Assembly: GCA_044892525.1 (NCBI GenBank)
Contig: CM097885.1
Location: 46,935,727 to 46,999,726 of the forward strand
Length of the DNA: 64,000 nucleotides
Direction of reading: 5' to 3'
Source: Schmidtea polychroa
Taxonomy: Eukaryota
Of this stretch, positions 45,495-58,625 are shown piece by piece. The notes beneath the pieces are model-generated. The model searched no databases. It saw only the letters and a program-made list of their open reading frames with translations, and was not told the DNA's origin. Each line of letters opens with the position of its first letter. The first letter of the stretch is position 1. The translations under genes were made by a program, and so were the position numbers.

Positions 45495-46786
45495 GTTCGG
45501 AGTATATACACGTCATTTCAAAACTTAAAACTGGTGCGTTCGACGATATAAAACACTTCTGAAATGTATTTTGTCATTTTGTTACAATTTCCCATCAAAA
45601 ATGTAATAGATAATGTAATAGTTTGACATGTATAAACGTCATGGCCTTTAATTTACAATGCACAACGCGTGTAACTTTGAGATTGAACTGTGTTAAACAG
45701 GCTAAATAAAAACGCGCCAAATCAGATTAAATACTTATTACTAATATAATTCTTTCGAAAACCATATCTCAGTAACAGATTTACTATTTCATTTATATCT
45801 TTCGAGTTCTTGAATAAAATCATGTTGTCCAAAGTAGAGAAAGACCGATTGCACTTTTTTCCCAATTGTTCCAATTGCCAATGGTACCGATTGTTAAGCC
45901 GATACCAATTGTCAACAAATTAAATTTTTTTTAGTTATTGCTTTGTTTTTTGTGTTCAGGTTTATTCCTTGACGAAAACAATACAACAATAAGCAATAGA
46001 ACATGTTGTTTTGCATTTTATTTTGACATAAATAATCAAATAAAATTAATGTATTTGTTGTTTAGTCAGAGTAATGCCAAATTCGGTGAGTATTCCTTAT
46101 CTGGAACAATCGGCGCGGAATTGGCGGCCTAATGCCAATTGTTCATATTGTCCTAATAATCGGCCAGATTGTGAATGTTACTGATTAATCAGTCAAGAAA
46201 TATTTTTAGTTTGTTGAATATTTTTCATGTAAATTTCTTATATTTAGATCCATTACCTTGAGAACGTATGCAAAATCTACTGACATACCAGTGAAACTAG
46301 TTCCATACAATCCACCATGCTCCTTTTATACAGTACTTGCTGATGAAGGTAATGAATGTGACAATATTACTAAATCTGAATTGGCATTTTTTTAAAGAAA
46401 TATTAAATAAACAATTTAGCTATGTAATCTTTAAAAAACTGAATGTTTTACGAATACGTATAAATTCTTATGTTCATTTTTGCGATAAAACATCTAAAAC
46501 ATTTATTGAAATTGAATTTTTGTCAAATAATATACTACTTACATTTTATCAATAAATATTACGTAAAATTTAATCTTTAAACTTTGTATTTACAGATTTT
46601 TTTTAATGTAAATTCTTAACAAATAATTTTTAATTGGATGCCTATAAATACACAACAAGGACCGATTTTGAAATTTTGTGGACCCGAAAAGTGAAAAGTG
46701 CTTATAACCACGACATATTTGTCAGAAAAGCAACAAATCAGTATTAAATGACGTCAAGATATATTTGTTTCGCAGATCATTAAGAT

Positions 46787-47344
46787 CAGGGTGGGCAAAT
46801 ACTTGTTATTTATTTATATCTTAACGATACAAAATATTTAATATTGATACATGGTTTTTACATTTTTATGTTTATATTGCATTTTGTAAATATAATAGTA
46901 AATAGAATTTTAAAAAGAAAAGATAAACATCAAACGTTAAAATAGAATACTTATAGTTAATGCGAAACGTGATCTTAAAAGAAATGACGACGACTATGTG
47001 ACCAGTGCTAAATCAAAATAAACAGTATGCGTGCTGTGACCTGTCATCCCTCGAAGAGTGAGTGGAGTACACTTTCAATTTTTATGTAGTCAGCCAACCA
47101 CGCGCTTTGTTAGAGTATGTTACATACATTTAAGTAGTATGGTTACAGCTGTTCAAAATTATAATACTGTCTATTGTTTATATTTTTCATTATTTATATG
47201 TACACTACGCACACTAATACTGTTGATTTCAACAAAATCGCATGAAAGAGATTTAAAAAATTGCATGCGGGATTTTTCAACGGGGCTGATAAAATAAGCA
47301 AAAAGGCCGGATACGGCCCGCGGGCCGGCTTTTGCCCACCCCTG
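46787..47344. mobile_element. hAT MITE
   Basis: TIR CAGGGTGGGCAAA / TTTGCCCACCCCTG; perfect 8-bp TSD ATTAAGAT. Confidence 0.9.
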
Positions 47345-47359
47345 ATTAAGATCAACAAT

Positions 47360-48120
47360 ATAACTGCTTCTGTTAAAACTAAATGTTATTGGTCGACCAA
47401 ATCGAGTAAATGAGACACTCATGAATATACGCTTTCATGAATATTAACTTTTACTATCCGTGTATGCTTTAACAACTACCATGTTGGCGATGAACACAGA
47501 GGCCAAAAATCAATGAGGAAGTGTAAGAACTATTCCTCACTGCATCTTTGTTTACGGGTTTCAAACTGCTAATAGAAGGTCATTCATCACTTGGTTGTTC
47601 ACCGTCTATAACTGGGATTAAATGGTCTTCTCAATTACCATAGTCCACATTATTGTGATATTAATCAATGTCTCATTTCAAAAATTTAAGCATGGAATGC
47701 CCTTATTTCTCGTTTCTAAAACTTTTCCTAGATCCGGTAATTATCCTGTTAAGTTTTTGATGTTTTTCAAAAATATTGATATCATTCATATTTTTCAGAT
47801 GTGTTCTAGTAGAACTCAATTTATTTAGATCTTTACTCAAACCATTATACATTATCTTATCAATATAAAATCCGTGACTACACCAATTCTTTACGAACAA
47901 AGTAGGATCCTCGACGCGTCCTTTATCCTTTACCTGTGTTAAATTTGAATGGCAAGCCATGACTTCTAATGCAATCTTCAGATTGGTCATTTAACCAGCC
48001 AGTTTCAACTCGAGGCTTATTCTGTTAGGTGCAATGATCGTCCATCTTACCGAATTCCAATCAATATTTTCGGTTACCTATCAATAACTTCGAGAGTCAT
48101 GGGAATTATAGACATAACTA
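47360..48120 (-). mobile_element. Degenerate Gypsy pol/integrase remnant
   Basis: Fragments LIDFWP...VVVKAYT (cf. HIDFAGP...LVVVDAYSKW) and RIITGSRKSFRNEK*GH; many disruptions. Confidence 0.4.
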
Positions 48121-49098
48121 GAAAAAGGAATGAACGAAATGAATTTATATATAAATTAATATAAAATTACCATAACAATTACATTACACACGAATAAAAT
48201 ATACTACTGATTCGGAAAAAATAGCTTAGTCAATATTCGTAAGGTCGTTTTTCGGACTGAAACTAAAAGAATTTTTTTTGAATGAATTTTTGGCGTTTTT
48301 ATGTATTAATTTTAAGTTAGTATCTCAATTAATTCAAGCTTGCTTAATCATTTTTCTCATCAGATGAGAGATTTTGTATTTGTATTATTGTAAGCATCGG
48401 TTTCTTTATCCATATACCAACTCCGACGCCATTTTCTTGAGTATTACGCGTTGACTCATCCATACTTGCATGTGCGTATTTTCTAAAATTTCTCTAAGTT
48501 ACTTCATTTAGTAGCAACATTAATCCAGTCCATTCATTAAATTGCTTATATAAAACAAACGTGATTATAATATATTTTAACATTAGATTTACTGACATTA
48601 AATAACAATTCGACGGGTGTCCGTAAAAATAGGTATATACAACACATTTACGCTAAACTAAAAGGGCGACAAAAAAGGATAGTGATACATTCGCGTATCA
48701 TTGTATCATTAATAACCAACATAAAAAATTGGAAAAAATAATATTTCTCTTGTATTTTTAATTTTAACAACTGAATCCATCAAATTGACGGACTCCGTAA
48801 ATCTAGTGTTAATTCGATTATTATTTATTATGGTATTTGGTAATTAATACCATAATTTTTTAATAACTATTATTAATTATTTTCTATCAATTATTTGCTG
48901 TCCAATATGATGGTTTAATTATGGATCTTTCGTGTGTCAAAACAAGCCAAAATTAATCCCATTGCTGTCTGATTACAATCTTTCGTATGTTAATACAACA
49001 ATAATTGTTTGCTCTTTTTCTTTGTTTTTCCATTCTACCGTCATGATGGATTTCAAATTCAAGATAGTAGATTTTACTAAACTAAGATGTTTTTTAAT

Positions 49099-49722
49099 CG
49101 CTTAAATTTAAATGCACACTATAAAATGCAAACTATAATTAATAAATGTAAACTATAATTAATAAATGCAAACTAACTAACTAAACTTAGCTAACTATAA
49201 TTAATATAACTATAATTAACTTAGCTAACTATAATTAATATTTGCTGCAAAAGAATTGACTGAAAGCTCTAATGAAATTAACAACTGGGAGACTTTTGAT
49301 GAGTTTAAAATTTTTTGTTCTTGAACCACAATTTTACCAAAAGATCAAAATGACTGGCTGAACGGAGAATGCAACTGTCCTGCATTCTTCAAAAAAATGT
49401 TTTGCAAACACATTGTTGGTTTAGCTATTCGACTGAAGCTGGCAGTCCCACCACCTGCAGCGAAAAACGTCCCAATTGGAATCAAAAGAAAATAGAGGTC
49501 GCCCAGCCAAAGCAAAAAAAGCATTATTGGTGCAATAGATTTTGAGGGTTTTTAAGCATTTCAATCTCATTATAATTAGTGTGTAAAATTTTTTTTATAG
49601 TGTGCAAAATATAATGTGCAAAAATTAATTTTGTACTGTGCAAAAATTATTTTTATAGTGTGCATCTATTATTTTTATAGTGTGCAAAATTCAATTATTT
49701 AGTTTGCATTTAATTATGAGCC
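49099..49722 (+). mobile_element. MULE-like deleted element retaining SWIM zinc finger and AT-hook-like coding remnant
   Basis: Repetitive TIRs (TGCACACTATAAAA / TTTTATAGTGTGCA); 9-bp TSD TTTTTTAAT. Internal GECNCPAFFKKMFCKHIVGLAIRLKL...PIGIKRK/RGRPAKAKKALLVQ*. Confidence 0.8.
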
Positions 49723-50715
49723 TTTTTTAATCTTGTTTATTTTACGTAAATGCTTGCAACTTGCGTCTTTTATTTTCAACTTTATATTTTCATATTTTAA
49801 TTTGCTTGATTATCGCGGATTTTAATTCAACTTTGTGTGGTATGTGATTTTTACGACGCGTTTAAATAAATTCTAAATTTCTAGTCCAACAAAATTTGGA
49901 AATTACAAATTTTGGCATTTTCGGGTTTTCTACAATTTAATGTAAATTTTTATTATTTTTTTGATTTATCTATTACTTTTGAATGCATCACATTTTACAC
50001 AACTTCCGAAATCATTCTTTTACATCCAATTTCGTGTAATTGCATTTTTGCAGTGTATTGAATTGTCGCACCCTACCAATGGTAGGCTACCAGCCGATAA
50101 AGTTTATTGGTTCTTTGGGCATTTTATCAGGCAATCTTACTTTCAAATTTTTGATTTTATATATAAATAAGTTTTGGTTAATTATTTAAATTTAATTTAA
50201 AATAGACTAACAATATTTTGTCTAATTTTGGTGCTATCGACTACAATGGTTTTGGTTCACTAGTTTGGGGTCGTTTTTATATATGAATTTTGTATTGAGA
50301 AAAAATTATTTCGCTGCTGAGTTAGAATCCTATATTAAATGTAGGATATATTAAAAGATATATTAATTAATATTTACTTTTCCAATAATAATTGTAATGT
50401 ACTAATTTTATGTTTCAAATAGTTGAAGTCGCCTTCATATATATAAGTAGTATATTTTTATATAGAAATGTATTATATTATTGTCACAACCTTTTCACCT
50501 CCTTATTCACAATCTTATTTATATAGTCATTGTTGACATTTACAATGCGGCAATTTACATAAATTATTTTTAGTATATGATAAATAATTTTCAAAGTTCA
50601 CATAAAACTCTAGAGAAAATTATTTTTCATTAAAAACAATAGGTAAAAAAATTCCAACAATCCGAAATTTTATTTTTTTAATAATCATTGAAATATATTT
50701 TCTCTCTATTCAGAT

Positions 50716-51164
50716 AAAAAGCGTCTTTAGAAATTTGTCGCCCCTGTGCTATAAACTATAATGCGCCCCTAAAAAACAATTTTTACAAAAATATTTTATG
50801 TTTATTTATAATATTACACATTATTGTTAAGTTATAAATTGTAATAAAAAAATATATTCTTTTCACCTTTTATTTCAAAATTAATTCGTAAATGTGGATA
50901 ACTAAATTATTACAAAATTTTCTTCTCAATTTTTTAAAGTTTTAAAACTTATAAACAAAAATGTCAAAAAATAATATTTATTTTTGCATATATTTAAAAT
51001 TTTAATTTATATATTAAACTAATTTTTTTTTTCGATTTTCTTTAATTTTGTTTTGTTTATAATTTTTCAATTTTTTTTTCAATTTTATCAAATTTATGGC
51101 TTTTATAAAATTTACGGCGCCCCCTGTGCTTAGCACAGTTAGCACAATGGAAGAGACGGCGCTG
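50716..51164 (-). mobile_element. hAT MITE, copy 2 (inverted relative to 45071-45494)
   Basis: Perfect 8-bp TSD ATTCAGAT; shares GCACAGGGG(G)CG subterminal motifs with copy 1. Confidence 0.9.
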
Positions 51165-51489
51165 ATTCAGATGTTCGAAAAGCCATTATCATATAAAATA
51201 ATAATAATGAATGTAAATCATGGCGAGATAATTTTGTCCCAAGTACACAATTTTTTTTGATGACATAATAACAATGGATGTAAATTTGTTGAATGAATGA
51301 AATTTCTAATGAAAGATAGCTTAAAAATTTCACAAAACTTCAAAACTGGATTAATTTTTCATTTGACCACAAATCATGATAAAATTTGAAACAAAGTAAA
51401 AAGCAATAACCAGTCTTTACATCCTGATTGTTGAATTAAGCTCCTTTTCAAATGTTGGGCTAGAACTGATTTCTAAACCCAAAGTTAGG

Positions 51490-52806
51490 AATGGGACGAA
51501 ATGTGTCTGTACACAACACGCATACCCAGCATTAAGTTTACTTAAATAAAAATATATAAAACACCAAGTAAACAATGATAATAGAGAGATAATATACCCA
51601 AAAATAAAACATCTGAATTAAAAATAAAATAAAACACGAGCAAGAAGTATTACATGAAAACTTACTCAAATATAACCAAAAGACATAAAACAACAAAAAA
51701 CAAATTCGAATAAAGGCAATTAGTAAAAATTAAAAAAGAAAATTAAAGAAAATCTTCATAAAATCTTACGTAAAGAAAATTATATCGATATTTTGAATAA
51801 AAATCCAGAACAATTCATAAAAATGGCGAAATCCATCATGACGGCCAAACGACCCAATAAAATTTATAAAAAATAAATATTTTAGTTTAAAAAATAAATA
51901 TTTTAGAAAAGAAATCATAAAAAACAATTTAAAAATAAGAAATAGATTAAATTTAGCATGGAATGTTCTGGAAATGCTGAAATCCATCATGGAGGCAAAT
52001 TTAATAAAAAATAATTCGAAAATAAAATTTCAAAAATAAAAACAAAAATTCTTACTGAAAAATCGCCATTAAAATCGATAAAAATTAAAAATCGAATGTT
52101 CGAGAATTAAAATAATTCGAATTTGTTTTACTGCATCAATGCACGCATGTATACTTACACGTCAAACAGAGGCTATATAAACTAACACATTTCGTCACTT
52201 TTTAAGCAAGGAAAATATGCTAATGCTTACTCTTATGCCAAATTTTTGGTTTTGATTTTTCTGAGATTGTAGGTAAGAACGATTTCATTGTGAATTATAA
52301 GTTATTATTATTGAAACCTTGTTTTCATTATTTCTTTTTAACTATAGAAATGTAGGTTTGAGTGAGATCGTCGGTTATCATTGATTTTGAAGCGAGATCC
52401 CAGCCAACCCTGCACCTATGCACTTTATCATCGATGAGTACACAGTTCACAATGATTGCAGGCCACTGCCTGGCACGCACTTATCAATATTATTGGTTTC
52501 CTTTTGTTCGGTCATCGGAGGTCGGCCACTTCATGGTTCTACCATGGAGTTTTGTCGATAAAACCCCTCCGCTATGGCTCCATATATTTATTTATCGGTC
52601 GACAGCGATGTTTCGACTCCACACAACAGTAAGGTTTGTCGTAGTGGTCACAGTGGGGCCGCGAAAGCAAACACTCTTCCCGACTTTCAATGCATGAATA
52701 ATTTACTTAGTTAAAATCTACATCCAAAATCATCACAATACAATACACTAAGGTTAATAAACAGAGTAGATCTCAGACCTAAATTAATCACAACTCTACA
52801 ATTCAC
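51490..52806 (+). mobile_element. Putative solo-LTR-like or unclassified repeat with promoter and intron-like signals
   Basis: A-rich leader, ATGCACGCATG (52139), TATATAAA (52174), GTAAG donor (52273), TAG acceptor (~52347), GC-richer 3' segment; boundaries uncertain. Confidence 0.35.
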
Positions 52807-53049
52807 AATTAATGTAGACGGTTAAATATCATCAAGAACCAACTCTACCTATACGTTTGTCGAATCTAGATTTATAAATGTCTTAAATAAATTTTCTAGT
52901 AATAGTGTAAAGTAAAGATTGTTTAAAAATGATTGATTTAGTAGTGATAGTATTCATAAAGGTGTTCGACATGCGCATCAGCAAGACTTGGATTTTAAAT
53001 TGAATAGACTCTAAACTAACTATAAAAATTCAAATCGTAAACCCATAAC

Positions 53050-53720
53050 AGTATAAATTATCCTCTCAATTTCATAAAAATGTGAATTATACTTATAGAT
53101 TTAATTTCTTCAAAATATAAATTATGATTAGTTAGAAAGGTATAAATTATAAATTTAATTTCTTGAAATTATAAATTACAAATTTGTATTGACGATAAAA
53201 ATTATAAATTATAACTCTAAGTTAATTATAAAAGTATAAATTATAATCTTAACTTCATAAAAATATAAATTATAAAATTATATTAGCTTTGGAAATATAA
53301 ACTATAAATTGAACTTCACCAAATATAAATTATAAACTTAAAAGTATAAATTATAAAATTATATGGGCTCTAAAATATAAACTATAAATTTAACTTCATA
53401 AAAATATAAATTATAAAATTATATTAGCTTTAAAATATAAACTATAAATTTAACTTCATAAAAATATAAATTATAAAATTATATTAGCTTTAAAATATAA
53501 ACTGTAAATTTAACTTAACTTCATAAAATATAAATTATAAACTCAAAAGTATAAATTATAAAATTATATTAGCTTTAAAAACATAAACTATAAATTTAAT
53601 TTCATAAAAATATAAATTATAAACTTATATTAGCTGAAAGACTATAAATTATAATCTTAATTTGGTCATAAAAGTATAAAATATAAACTACGTTAGCGAT
53701 AAAAATATAATCTATAAAAA
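53050..53720. repeat. AT-rich tandem array, 60-bp period built on TATAAATTATAAA subunits
   Basis: Lines 53401 and 53461 are near-identical at a 60-bp offset. Confidence 0.9.
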
Positions 53721-53739
53721 GTTGTAAATATTTTATAAA

Positions 53740-54745
53740 TACCCCCCCCCCAAGTTACGTAATGGTCGAAACAAATGTCCAGATTCATAATCTAACTTAT
53801 ATATGTATATTTGAAACTTATAAAAGTATAACTTACCTTTTTCGTGAGTACCCCCTCAAACTATACATTAGTCGAGAACAATATATATAGCAATAAATTA
53901 ACTTATATATGTGCAGTTATCAAACCTAATAATTCCTCAGATCACCTAACCATTAATTATTGTCTAAATACATTAATACATTATCTTTACGATATAAATT
54001 TGGAAAATTTTGATAAATGACCCCCCTTAATTCATATAACCATTAACCACTACCTGATACACTAATTTAGACTATTTAATATATATGCTTAACTTAGATT
54101 ACCTTTAAAATTATAGTTGAAAAATTTTCATCAAAGACCCCCACAAACCATATAGTCATCAACTACCACCTAAATATACTAAATTAGCTTATCTTAATAT
54201 ACATTTAATTTATATTATATTTAAAAATATAAATTGTAAATTTTTATGAATGACCCCCTCAGAATCATACAGTCACTACCCATTACCTAAGCATACTAAA
54301 TTAACTTATTTTAATATATATTTAACTATCAGTATATTTAAAATTCTAAATTGGAAATTTTCATAACTGACCCCCTCAAAATTATACATTCATTGTCCAT
54401 TACTTAAATATACTAAATTGACTCATTTTTAATATATATTTAACTTATATTATATTTAAAAATGTAAATTGTAAATGTTCACACATGACCCCCCCCCCCC
54501 TTCAAACTTATACATACTAAATTGGCTTATTTTAATATATATTTAACTTACATTATAATAAAAAATATAAGTGGTAAAATTTCCTAAATGACCCCCCTCA
54601 AATTATATATTTATCTAAATTTACACTAAGATAGACTACTTTTATATATATGTGTGTGTATATGTGTATGTGTATATATATGTATATATTCATCTTATAT
54701 TTGATTTTAAAATGATAACTCTTAAAATTCCTAAATGACCCCCAA
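53740..54745. repeat. ~117-bp tandem array punctuated by GACCCCC runs
   Basis: GACCCC at ~54019, 54136, 54252, 54369 and 54487, then irregular at 54590 and 54736. Confidence 0.85.
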
Positions 54746-55417
54746 GCGATATACCCGTGGTAATTTCATAAAGATATCAAGGTACATTCGCCGTTTATCA
54801 TTATTGTTATTTTAACATTACTGCTACTATCATTAGTATTACTATTACATTTTATTGATATCATTGATTTTATTTTCCCCAGTAACCCCACTAAACTGAT
54901 TATATTATTAAAGTAATTATTATTTCTTAAAAATAAAATTTTAAACAAAATTATCGATTTTGGGATTCCCCTATCTCTAAATTTAGTTTCAATGGCCCTA
55001 TCTTCCAATAAGATTACGGAAAATCACTAAAATCTATTTTTAGTAACACCCCCCCCCCTGAAAACGACATCAATATTATTAATTTAAATTATATCCATAT
55101 ATGTGTGGGTGTATGTGTATACGTATATATATGTGGATGTGTGTATGTATCTATAGATTTTAGAAAATAACCAATACCATAATCTTCCCCTCAAGACCCC
55201 TGTGGAATAATTTACACAACCCCTTTAAAGTAATAAAGATAGAATAATTTATAAAAATTATGGACAAAATTATGTTCAAATCAAATCAAAAGACAAAACC
55301 CAATAGTAAACTAAATTTATTAATTTCAATTACCAAATTTATTTACATCATTGTAAAAAAGAATTTTAATATTTTATTTAATTACAACATCCTGAATAAA
55401 AACTCAAAAAGAAAAAA

Positions 55418-56084
55418 CTCCAAATCGGCTTTATTTCTTTGCTTGGCTGCTTTAAGATCATAAATGGGCATTTTTCATTTATTAATCGGATAAAATCAGT
55501 TTTTTCTGTACAACCTTTACATTCTTCACCCCAGCTTTCTAATATTTTTTGAGATCTTTAACGCGAGCTTTGTTTAGATTAATACCAGTAAGATCAATAG
55601 GTTTGTCTGAAAAATAGTTGAATTAATATTTAAAATCTTAACTGAACATACCATATTTTAATTCACAAATTTGTGAATCCATTGCTTTTAGTTTTTCAGA
55701 CTTTTTCAGCGGGCATAACCCAACTCAAAGGCTGAAACAAATGTTTTACAATATATGCAGTAGATGTTACCAATCCTCCAATATAATAACACTAAAAATA
55801 AATTACAATTTTATAGTAATCAGTTATAATACCTTACCAGACTTTATTCTTTTCCTTTACTTGTTTTGCTCATCTTTTTGAATTTATTTTCAATATTTTC
55901 GATATTTGTACTTTCATCTCCATCTAGACTATCTTTCAGGCGTCTCACAAACTTAACACAAACTGAACAATTTTTAAATATAATGAAAATAAGTGCCAAA
56001 TACCTTCGCAATTATTTTCATTAACTGTAGCTGACATTACATAGTAAACAATGATTAAAAAAAAAAAACTGATAAAATTTTCAT
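55418..56084 (-). pseudogene. MANF: MANF/ARMET (MANF-CDNF family) unprocessed pseudogene, 4 exons
   Basis: Exons 56084-56004, 55962-55838, 55791-55652 and 55606-55418; introns 41, 46 and 45 nt. Signal peptide, CEVCVKF, KGKE*SL|CYYIGG, DSQICELKY|DKPIDL...[29 protein letters not shown]...KADL. Lesions: an in-frame TAA, a 2-nt deletion at EKV(C)EKL, three homopolymer frameshifts, a Cys->Ser change and a lost stop. Confidence 0.9.
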
Positions 56085-58272
56085 TGCAAAATATTACTAA
56101 TATATAAATAAAATGGTTTGTTAAAAAGAAAATATTTCAAATTATCAAAATTATGTTAATTATAAATAGGTGATTTAAACACCTGGGATTAAATTTTTAT
56201 TTCTATTATTAATTGAAAATTTAATTTTTAAAAGGAAAAGAAATATGGATAATTAAACTCAACTTTAATTTAATCTGGATTGCCTGAATTAAAATTAAGT
56301 ATTAATTTTTGGTATTTTGATTGAACGGGAAATTAACCCAACATAAACCTGAGTTATGTGTGGTGTTTTAATAAATAATTATTAACTTTCACTAGAGAGT
56401 TGACATGAAACATGAGCGTGTGTGCATGAATTGGAAAAAATGATGTATGTGGGAGATAAGGGGGATGAATAGGGTATGGTATTGGGAAGACAATCTGGTG
56501 AAGGGACCAGGCCAAATCGGACACAAGCCTTCTATCGGCAGTCCGTGAACCCAGTAGAGTGCTCGACAATTACAGTGCAAGTAGTGCGCTCACTTTTTGC
56601 GAGCACTCACCCTCTTGATACAGTACCAACGTTGATCATTCAACGGGTATCAAGCGGTAAACAATGTTGTATCTTGGGTTACGCTGGCAACAGCACTAAA
56701 GAGCAAAATATTTGATCATCAGTAACCCACCACAAAGTACTGAATGATCTTTTGTTTGAAGTGAAGAAATAAAGTATGAAAGTATATGGATAGGAACACT
56801 TTGCCTTTTCCCGGAGTGTTTATGATTCCAGGCAGGATCTCACACTGGATGAATGAATTAGAGCCGAGATCTCTGGAAAATACGTTTCCCTATCAGTTTG
56901 GCTCTGGTGCTCAATCCTTCAATTTTCATTTAATAAATGTCAGATTTGACTGTCAATAACAGATATCACACCCATTCGGATATATTTCCCTTCACCAGAT
57001 CTAGCGAAGAGATGGCTACAAATACATCTTTAGTTTGCCACCGCCAGAGTCTGTTTAAGTTAAACTTTGATTTTATAATTTGATACGAAGCTCTGGTCAT
57101 GCCTGCTTCTACACATGAATCCTGTGAAGTTCAGATTTACGGACTCGGAATTGTGAAAATATACATATATACTTATAAGTACCTCACGCACATTTTCATT
57201 CCACAAGATATTGCCATACATTCCCACCCAGGCTCATTTCTTTACATTTTCTGTGCGGGCTTTCTGTTATTATTTTAGTGGGTCACAAATTGTTAGTCTA
57301 TGTCTAATAACATCCTTTCTATTTTAATCACTAATAGTGTGTATATAACATATCACTGTCGACGAGATTGCTAAAAAATTGCATCGAAAATCGTGCCTTA
57401 CGGACTTCTACGACACTTTAGACAATAAAATTAGTGAGATAGTCATATATAGTCTGATATCGTTATTCTTGTTTGGAATAGACTGAGAAAATCCTTATTT
57501 TTTATCTAATACAATAATAAAACCCCAGAGAAGGGTAGAAAATACAAAATATGTCAAAATTAGAAAAAAAAATAAGAAGAAAAATTACTGAAGAATTAAA
57601 ACAAAATAAAACGAAAAATCGGGAAAAAATAGAAATATAAATAAAACACAAAAAATGCAAATTGTAAATAAACAATTTAGTTAAAAATTATCGAAGTTAA
57701 TAAAAAATTGAAAACTATTAAAACAAATAATTGAAATGAATAAATTATGGAAAAATAATGAAAAATATAATATAGAAATTGATATAAAAATGAAGGGAAA
57801 TGGGCATATTAAAACAAATAACTACCTAAAAAAATTAGTTAATTTAGATAAAAAAAGAATTTGAAAGTGATTTAAAAAAGATTTATTAAGGAAATTATTT
57901 ATCTAAAAGGATAAAAAGGAATTTACAAAAAATTGGTCATTTTTAAATTTTTATATTTAAACCAGATATTAGATCCGGCAAATAAATTTCTAGAAAATGA
58001 TGACTGAATATGATTGGGGGGAAAACTTTGTAAGAGTCCAGTGAGCAGATGAGCACTATAGCAGTAAAAATATTCTATAGAAGGAGCGACCGGACAAAAC
58101 TCAAGATTCCATTTTTAATTTGCTTCCATTCCAATCTAAGGTCTAAAAAATGAAAACTACGAAAAACTATGAAAGAACTCAACTCTACTAGATGAAACTT
58201 AGAACTGAAAATATAGGAAGTGAGGAAGAAAAACAACTAAACTCTACTAACTCATACTTGGAAAACACTAAG

Positions 58273-58320
58273 TTGTAGCCGAGAGATGGCTACAAATACA
58301 TTTGAATTTGAAACTTGAAT
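58273..58320 (+). mobile_element. LINE/SINE-like 3' end (stem-loop plus TTGAA-type tail)
   Basis: TTGTAGCC-GAGAGAT-GGCTACAA hairpin followed by TTTGAATTTGAAACTTGAA. A partial second copy GAGATGGCTACAAATACAT lies at ~57008. Confidence 0.45.
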
Positions 58321-58489
58321 GCAAAAGAAAAAGAAACTAAATCTTTAGATCAGAAAAGCTTTCTAGTGAACCGTCTTACGGTCTTATCTAAATTTATATA
58401 AATCTTATATGATGTCTCAAAAGGAATCCATAAATAGGAATCCAAAAACTACAGTTTTTTTGTAACCTGATGGTTTCATCATTTTCTCG

Positions 58490-58625
58490 CAGACAATTGT
58501 TGATTTTTTAGAACCAGTATATTACACATCAATGATCGAATACCACTTTTCAATGAAAAATTTATCCATTTTCCTGAAAAGTATATGTTTACTCCTGGCA
58601 TGAGAAATGGATTACTTAAATCAGA
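58490..58625 (-). mobile_element. Copia RNase H remnant
   Basis: LSNPISHARSKHI (cf. NPVFHxRSKHIDI) and DV*YTGSKNQ (cf. LEYVPTxxQxAD). Confidence 0.45.

Noticed and set aside
45071..51164. A single 6-kb composite transposon bounded by the inverted MITE pair
   Set aside because: Each copy has its own distinct 8-bp TSD and the outer flanks do not match
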